Shown: piece after piece, positions 9,277 to 12,696 of the stretch
How positions within the stretch are numbered: position 1 is the first letter of the stretch
Layout of the letters: each line of letters opens with the position of its first letter
From: a bacterium
GTDB lineage: Bacteria; SZUA-182; DTGQ01; JAFGSM01
Reading direction: 5' to 3'
Assembly: GCA_049472355.1 (NCBI GenBank)
Contig: JBLIRP010000104.1
Location: 1 to 12,696 of the forward strand
Length of the DNA: 12,696 nt
Position numbers and translations under genes: made by a program
Notes under the pieces: model-generated
What the model was told of the DNA's origin: nothing
Database searches by the model: none
Seen by the model: the letters and a program-made list of their open reading frames with translations, nothing else

Positions 9277-9717
9277 ATATACGGCACGGGACCAACTATC
9301 GTCAACAGATTACCCATTTCTCTTTCCCGTACTGTCATTGCCGCGCATGTTCGGCATGCGTTATTGGTGTATCGTTGTAATGTCCTCTTGTATGGACGTT
9401 TATATATAAGGTTTACCATTGTACCAGTACGGCGTTGCCTTGCTTTTGGGAGTATCCTGCTGCATCAGTACCAGCACCTCAACGTTTTTGAATGTATGAG
9501 AAACCGCTGCCTGCTCTCCATGTGACACCTTGCTTATGCGGACCTTTTCAATCAGGAACGCGGAACATTCCAGTGGAGATACTGCGAGCGACCGATCGGT
9601 AACTGGATCACGGTTGTAGGAAATCGGATGACAAGAGATTACGGCGGTTCCCGTGCTACTGGTGCAATGGCAGACCAAGAAAAGGGGCGGCGTATCATTA
9701 CGCCGCCCCCTTTTCTT
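9277..9717 (+). ncRNA. Candidate sigma54-dependent non-coding transcript (~440 nt) with a 3' GGA cluster
   Basis: Bounded by the sigma54 site and a strong terminator. No RBS-supported ORF inside. Seven GGA motifs in 9540-9628. Confidence 0.3.
9677..9717. terminator. Bidirectional intrinsic terminator
   Basis: AAGAAAA-GGGGCGGCGTA-TCAT-TACGCCGCCCC-C-TTTTCTT: perfect 11-bp GC-rich stem with U-tracts on both strands. Confidence 0.85.
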
Positions 9718-9808
9718 CTGTCATCTCCCCACAGTGCATGACGTTCGTCCCCTATATGATTCGGCGCTCTGGTGTACAGCCCTGCCCCGCCTTGTTTTCG
9801 TATTCAGC

Positions 9809-10005
9809 GATGCCGGGGCTCGACCATAATGACCTGCAGCATGGGGCTCCTTTGAGGCAGTTCAACCCTATCAACATGCAGCAGCGGCTTTTTCTGCGAT
9901 GGGGGCCTTAAAACCCATCTTACGTGCAGCGCCATGACCGGATGCGGGAGTATGCTCATTACATGTATACCTTACGGATGCAGCAACAGACCCGGCGGCG
10001 GCATT
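9809..10005 (+). ncRNA. Candidate structured RNA, rod-like (6S-like?)
   Basis: Seven mutually nested helices found by eye; G-U pairs favour the + strand; about 197 nt. Confidence 0.25.
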
Positions 10006-10240
10006 CAACCGACCGGTGCGGACTGCTCATACACAATGAACTCGTGTCTCGGGGCATGCCCGTCAACCAGGCAAACATGCCCTACCACCTGTCAATACCT
10101 GCTGTGGGATGCCTCACCCGCTACAATACCACCGGCCTTCTGACCCCCCTTTCCCACCCCGCAACGTGTTATGCCGCTGCACCGGGCCGGCCTTCTTGTC
10201 CCCTTGTGAACGGCTGCTTGAATACGTGAACCGAATCCCT

Positions 10241-10268
10241 TTGACATGCTGTCTGTTGCGTATTAAAT
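10241..10268 (+). promoter_or_regulatory. Possible sigma70 promoter for the RHH gene
   Basis: Perfect TTGACA followed 16 bp later by a weak TTAAT-type -10 (TTAAAT), in an AT-rich stretch. Confidence 0.35.
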
Positions 10269-10387
10269 GATTACTATAGGTATTGTGTGAATATATGAGT
10301 CGAGAACAATCGAGGAGGAATGGCTACGGGATCATGCAAGAACGTGATCGTTGAAGAATCCCTCCCGGTCATGGAGGTATAGAGGAC

Positions 10388-10573
10388 GTGAGCAAGGGCA
10401 AGGGAAAAAAGAGAAAGATTATGGTGACCCTGGACCCGGGCACCTTTCGAAAATTACTGGATATATCAAGAAGGTATGGGATAGCCCCGGAGAAGATGGC
10501 AGGGACCTTATTGAAACAGCAGCTTGTGATTATCGACGATGGACCGAAAGACAAGGCGAAAGAGGCAGCGTGA
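10388..10573 (+). CDS. Small ribbon-helix-helix (CopG/Arc-like) DNA-binding protein
   Basis: GTG start after GGAGGT/AGAGGA. KIMVTLDPGTFRKLLDISRRYGIAPEKMAGTLLKQQL fits the strand-helix-Gly turn-helix pattern. Basic N-terminal tail. Confidence 0.65.
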   Translation: MSKGKGKKRKIMVTLDPGTFRKLLDISRRYGIAPEKMAGTLLKQQLVIIDDGPKDKAKEAA

Positions 10574-10728
10574 GCTGCCTGACGTGCGTCGACGGATCAT
10601 TCCTTCCACGCCAAATTGCAGGTAGTTATAAGCGGTTTTTGCTCACCATCGTGTGTTTTGCCATGACAATCCCGGTCACCCGGCGATTGCTCACCGACTC
10701 GAGCAACCCAAGGGGAGAATGCGGGTCC

Positions 10729-11754
10729 TCAGGAGACGCTGATCGATCTCCCTGCGATTCTGCGCAGGTAGGTGACGATGTCCTCCGGCAGGACCCCGGT
10801 GACACGCACCTCCCGGCAATCGAAAAATTTCTTTATTTCGTTGATCTTTTGAATATTGCCGGGATCATCGATGAACACCTCGACCTTCCCGGCTTCCTTG
10901 CGTACAGGTGCCCACCGCCTTTCCGCAAAAAATTCCGGAGGGTGTTCTCCGAGCAGGGACGGATCGAGCACCACGGCGGGATCATAGTCCTTGAAGGGAC
11001 AGTAGTAGAAACTGGAAAGGGACTCCAGGATGTCCTTTTTCTCGATGCGGTGTTCCCTTCTCAAGATTGCGATGATGTCCTCCTTGCTGTTCAAGGACTT
11101 TTCGATAATCCCCTCCAGTGCCTCCTCGGTGATCAGGCCTTTTTGAATCAGTGATCTGAACTGCTGCACGATCTTCTTGTGACGAAACGACTGATTGCGA
11201 ATGCCGATCGCAAGGGACTTGGCGATCTCCTTGAGGGAAGACATATCGAAAAGGCCGAATTCCGCGCCGTTCTTCTTATTGATAAGCTGCACCACCCCGA
11301 GCAGTTCCCTCTGGAAGAGGATGGCCGAGGCCAGCACCTGCCGGGTGCGAAATCCGCTCTTCTGGTCGAATGTCTTGTTGAACCCAAGCTCCGCATCATG
11401 CCGCTTGAGCTCCTCCTCATCGTAGGCATCCGCTATGTCGATGAATGTCCGGGTAAAGGCGACGAACCCCGAAATGCTCTTCTTGTCGATTGTGACCCTG
11501 ATCTCCTTGACCGAATCACCGATCTTGTACTTTGAAAAAAGCTCATTGTTCTTCGCGTCCACTGCATAGATGGTGATTCGGTCGGCGTCGAACAACTCGA
11601 GGATCTGGAACTGGAGCTGGAGAAAGATATCATCGAGATTTTCAGCGGTATGGATCTGATTGGTGATCCTCAGAAGCTTCGCCTTGTAAGCAAGTTCATC
11701 TCTCAATGTATCATGCCCGCCTTCCGGTCCTGAGGGTTTGGTGCCTATGACCAT
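10729..11754 (-). CDS. GAF domain + T2SSE_N (MshEN-like) protein lacking the ATPase domain
   Basis: GAF: LFDADRITIYAVD..SISGFVA..IADAY..FDQKSGFRTRQVLASAI..LLGVVQLINKK. Then LIQKGLITEEAL..LSSFYYCPF..WAPV..VEVFIDDPGN, typical of PilB/GspE N-termini. No Walker motifs. Confidence 0.85.
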   Translation of the reverse strand: MVIGTKPSGPEGGHDTLRDELAYKAKLLRITNQIHTAENLDDIFLQLQFQILELFDADRITIYAVDAKNNELFSKYKIGDSVKEIRVTIDKKSISGFVAFTRTFIDIADAYDEEELKRHDAELGFNKTFDQKSGFRTRQVLASAILFQRELLGVVQLINKKNGAEFGLFDMSSLKEIAKSLAIGIRNQSFRHKKIVQQFRSLIQKGLITEEALEGIIEKSLNSKEDIIAILRREHRIEKKDILESLSSFYYCPFKDYDPAVVLDPSLLGEHPPEFFAERRWAPVRKEAGKVEVFIDDPGNIQKINEIKKFFDCREVRVTGVLPEDIVTYLRRIAGRSISVS

Positions 11755-11944
11755 CCACGCGGTCTTCTACTACAATCATTCGTCATTTTCTGCATTTGGA
11801 ATCATTGGGAACCCCCTTGGCAGACCGGCAGCAATTTCTCCCGCCACCTTCCGTCTCCGGAATGGGCGGCACCGCTCCGCAGGATAACGCAGCCGTTACT
11901 GCATCAATTTCTCCTGGGACCCTGCACTTTTCCAAATCAAATTC

Positions 11945-12079
11945 TGATGGCCGCGCAAAAAGTCGTCAAACCTGTCACTCCGGCGAAGGCCGGAGTCCAG
12001 AAGTAACAGAAAAAAATGGATTTCTTGTCAAACACGTAATGAAAGCATACGGCAAAATCGACCTTTTGGGATTCTATCA
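11945..12079. repeat. MITE/REP-like intergenic element
   Basis: 21-bp imperfect terminal inverted repeats (15/21 match), flanked by an ATTC direct repeat (11941-44 and 12080-83). Internal GTC-ACTCCGGC-GAAG-GCCGGAGT-CCAG hairpin, plus a decayed inverted partner TGGATTTC..GTAATGA (12017-12042). Confidence 0.7.
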
Positions 12080-12092
12080 ATTCTGATTCAAC

Positions 12093-12111
12093 AATCTTTG
12101 AATCAAAGATT
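12093..12111. promoter_or_regulatory. Perfect palindrome, candidate operator
   Basis: AATCTTTGA-A-TCAAAGATT (9-1-9). Confidence 0.5.
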
Positions 12112-12163
12112 CACCCGCAGTTCATACAATCGTCATAAGTTTTTCATGGATGAGGTCGATAAT
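12108..12163 (+). promoter_or_regulatory. Pho-box-like tandem repeats plus -10 element
   Basis: GATTCAC, AGTTCAT, TCGTCAT and TTTTCAT at an exact 11-bp period, with GATAAT 10 bp after the last repeat. Confidence 0.6.
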
Positions 12164-12194
12164 AATAGTGCATGTCAAATAGGAAAGGAGACCT

Positions 12195-12696
12195 ATGGCT
12201 GGCTTAAAATCCGGGATCGCCTTTCAGACAATCGACGAACTGGAGTTGTGCATATGCATCCTTTTCAATCGCATCAGTCGCTGGAAGGCCGTTGAAAGGT
12301 TCTTTGCCATGATCAGTCGCCTGGGCAACGGTATCTTCTGGTATGCATTGATGGCATTAGTGATCATCCTGGATCGCCCTCTTGGCATACGAGCTTCCTT
12401 CCATATGGGTATAGTAGCAATGATCGGCGTCCTGATATACACAATTCTCAAGAACAATATGGGACGTCAGCGCCCCTATATCTCCTGGCAGCAAATAAAA
12501 CAGGGCACAGCACCCTTGGATTACTATAGCTTCCCGTCCGGACACACCCTGCAGGCCGCATTATTCACGATCATCGCAGTTTTCTACTACCCGGCCCTGG
12601 CATTGATTCTCATTCCATTCACCATTCTCATTGCCCTTTCCCGGATCATCCTCGGTCTACATTATCCATCCGACGTCATTGTCGGCGCCCTCATCG
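12195..12696 (+). CDS. PAP2-family membrane phosphatase (3'-partial; missing from the ORF track)
   Basis: AAGGAG RBS then MAGLKSG... All three PAP2 motifs are present: KNNMGRQRP, SFPSGH and SRIILGLHYPSD. The frame stays open to the window end. Confidence 0.95.
   Translation, partial: MAGLKSGIAFQTIDELELCICILFNRISRWKAVERFFAMISRLGNGIFWYALMALVIILDRPLGIRASFHMGIVAMIGVLIYTILKNNMGRQRPYISWQQIKQGTAPLDYYSFPSGHTLQAALFTIIAVFYYPALALILIPFTILIALSRIILGLHYPSDVIVGALI

Noticed and set aside
9250..9678. ORFs 9250-9525 (+) and 9400-9678 (-)
   Set aside because: No RBS; their starts overlap the sigma54 site or the terminator; no recognisable domains.
9720..10240. Possible CRISPR array
   Set aside because: The recurring motif is only about 6 bp with variable spacing; no 25-40-bp conserved repeats and no cas genes.
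10320..10382. 20-aa ORF MATGSCKNVIVEESLPVMEV after GAGGAGG
   Set aside because: The SD-to-ATG spacing is only 1 nt, so it cannot be supported.
10351..11154. 267-aa + strand ORF, including a GTGA-coupled start at 10570 as a possible toxin partner for the RHH gene
   Set aside because: It overlaps the RHH gene, runs antisense to the GAF gene, and shows no toxin motifs.
11818..11846. Sigma54-like motifs upstream of the GAF gene
   Set aside because: The minus-strand copy has GG-GC spacing off by one base, and the plus-strand copy lacks the TT of TTGC.
11796..12545. ORF-track calls 11796-12086, 12098-12295, 12224-12457 and 12357-12545
   Set aside because: They cross the repeat element or the promoter, or shadow the real PAP2 gene that starts at 12195.

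Overview
GC-rich bacterial window; the repeat types, the sigma54 site and the GAF-T2SSE_N gene suggest a deltaproteobacterium-like anaerobe (inference). Positions 1-8230 hold a tightly coupled + strand operon of unknown function: a 5'-partial membrane protein, a B-box-like Zn-finger/TM protein, a DUF4129 membrane protein, DUF4350, a MoxR AAA+ ATPase, DUF58/VWA, a SpoIIM-family protein and an RDD protein. A GT9 glycosyltransferase converges on it from the minus strand. The ~1.3 kb region at 9095-10387 has no convincing gene but is signal-rich: a palindrome, an AT tract and a canonical sigma54 -24/-12 site, then a GGA-rich tract ending at a strong bidirectional terminator, then a ~200-nt nested rod-like fold overlapping a Cys-repeat frame with an in-frame TGA at a Cys position. 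After that come a small ribbon-helix-helix gene, a stand-alone GAF + T2SSE_N gene with no ATPase domain, a MITE/REP-like element, and a 3'-partial PAP2 phosphatase behind a Pho-box-like promoter. All family calls rest on recognising motifs by eye; no database search was run.
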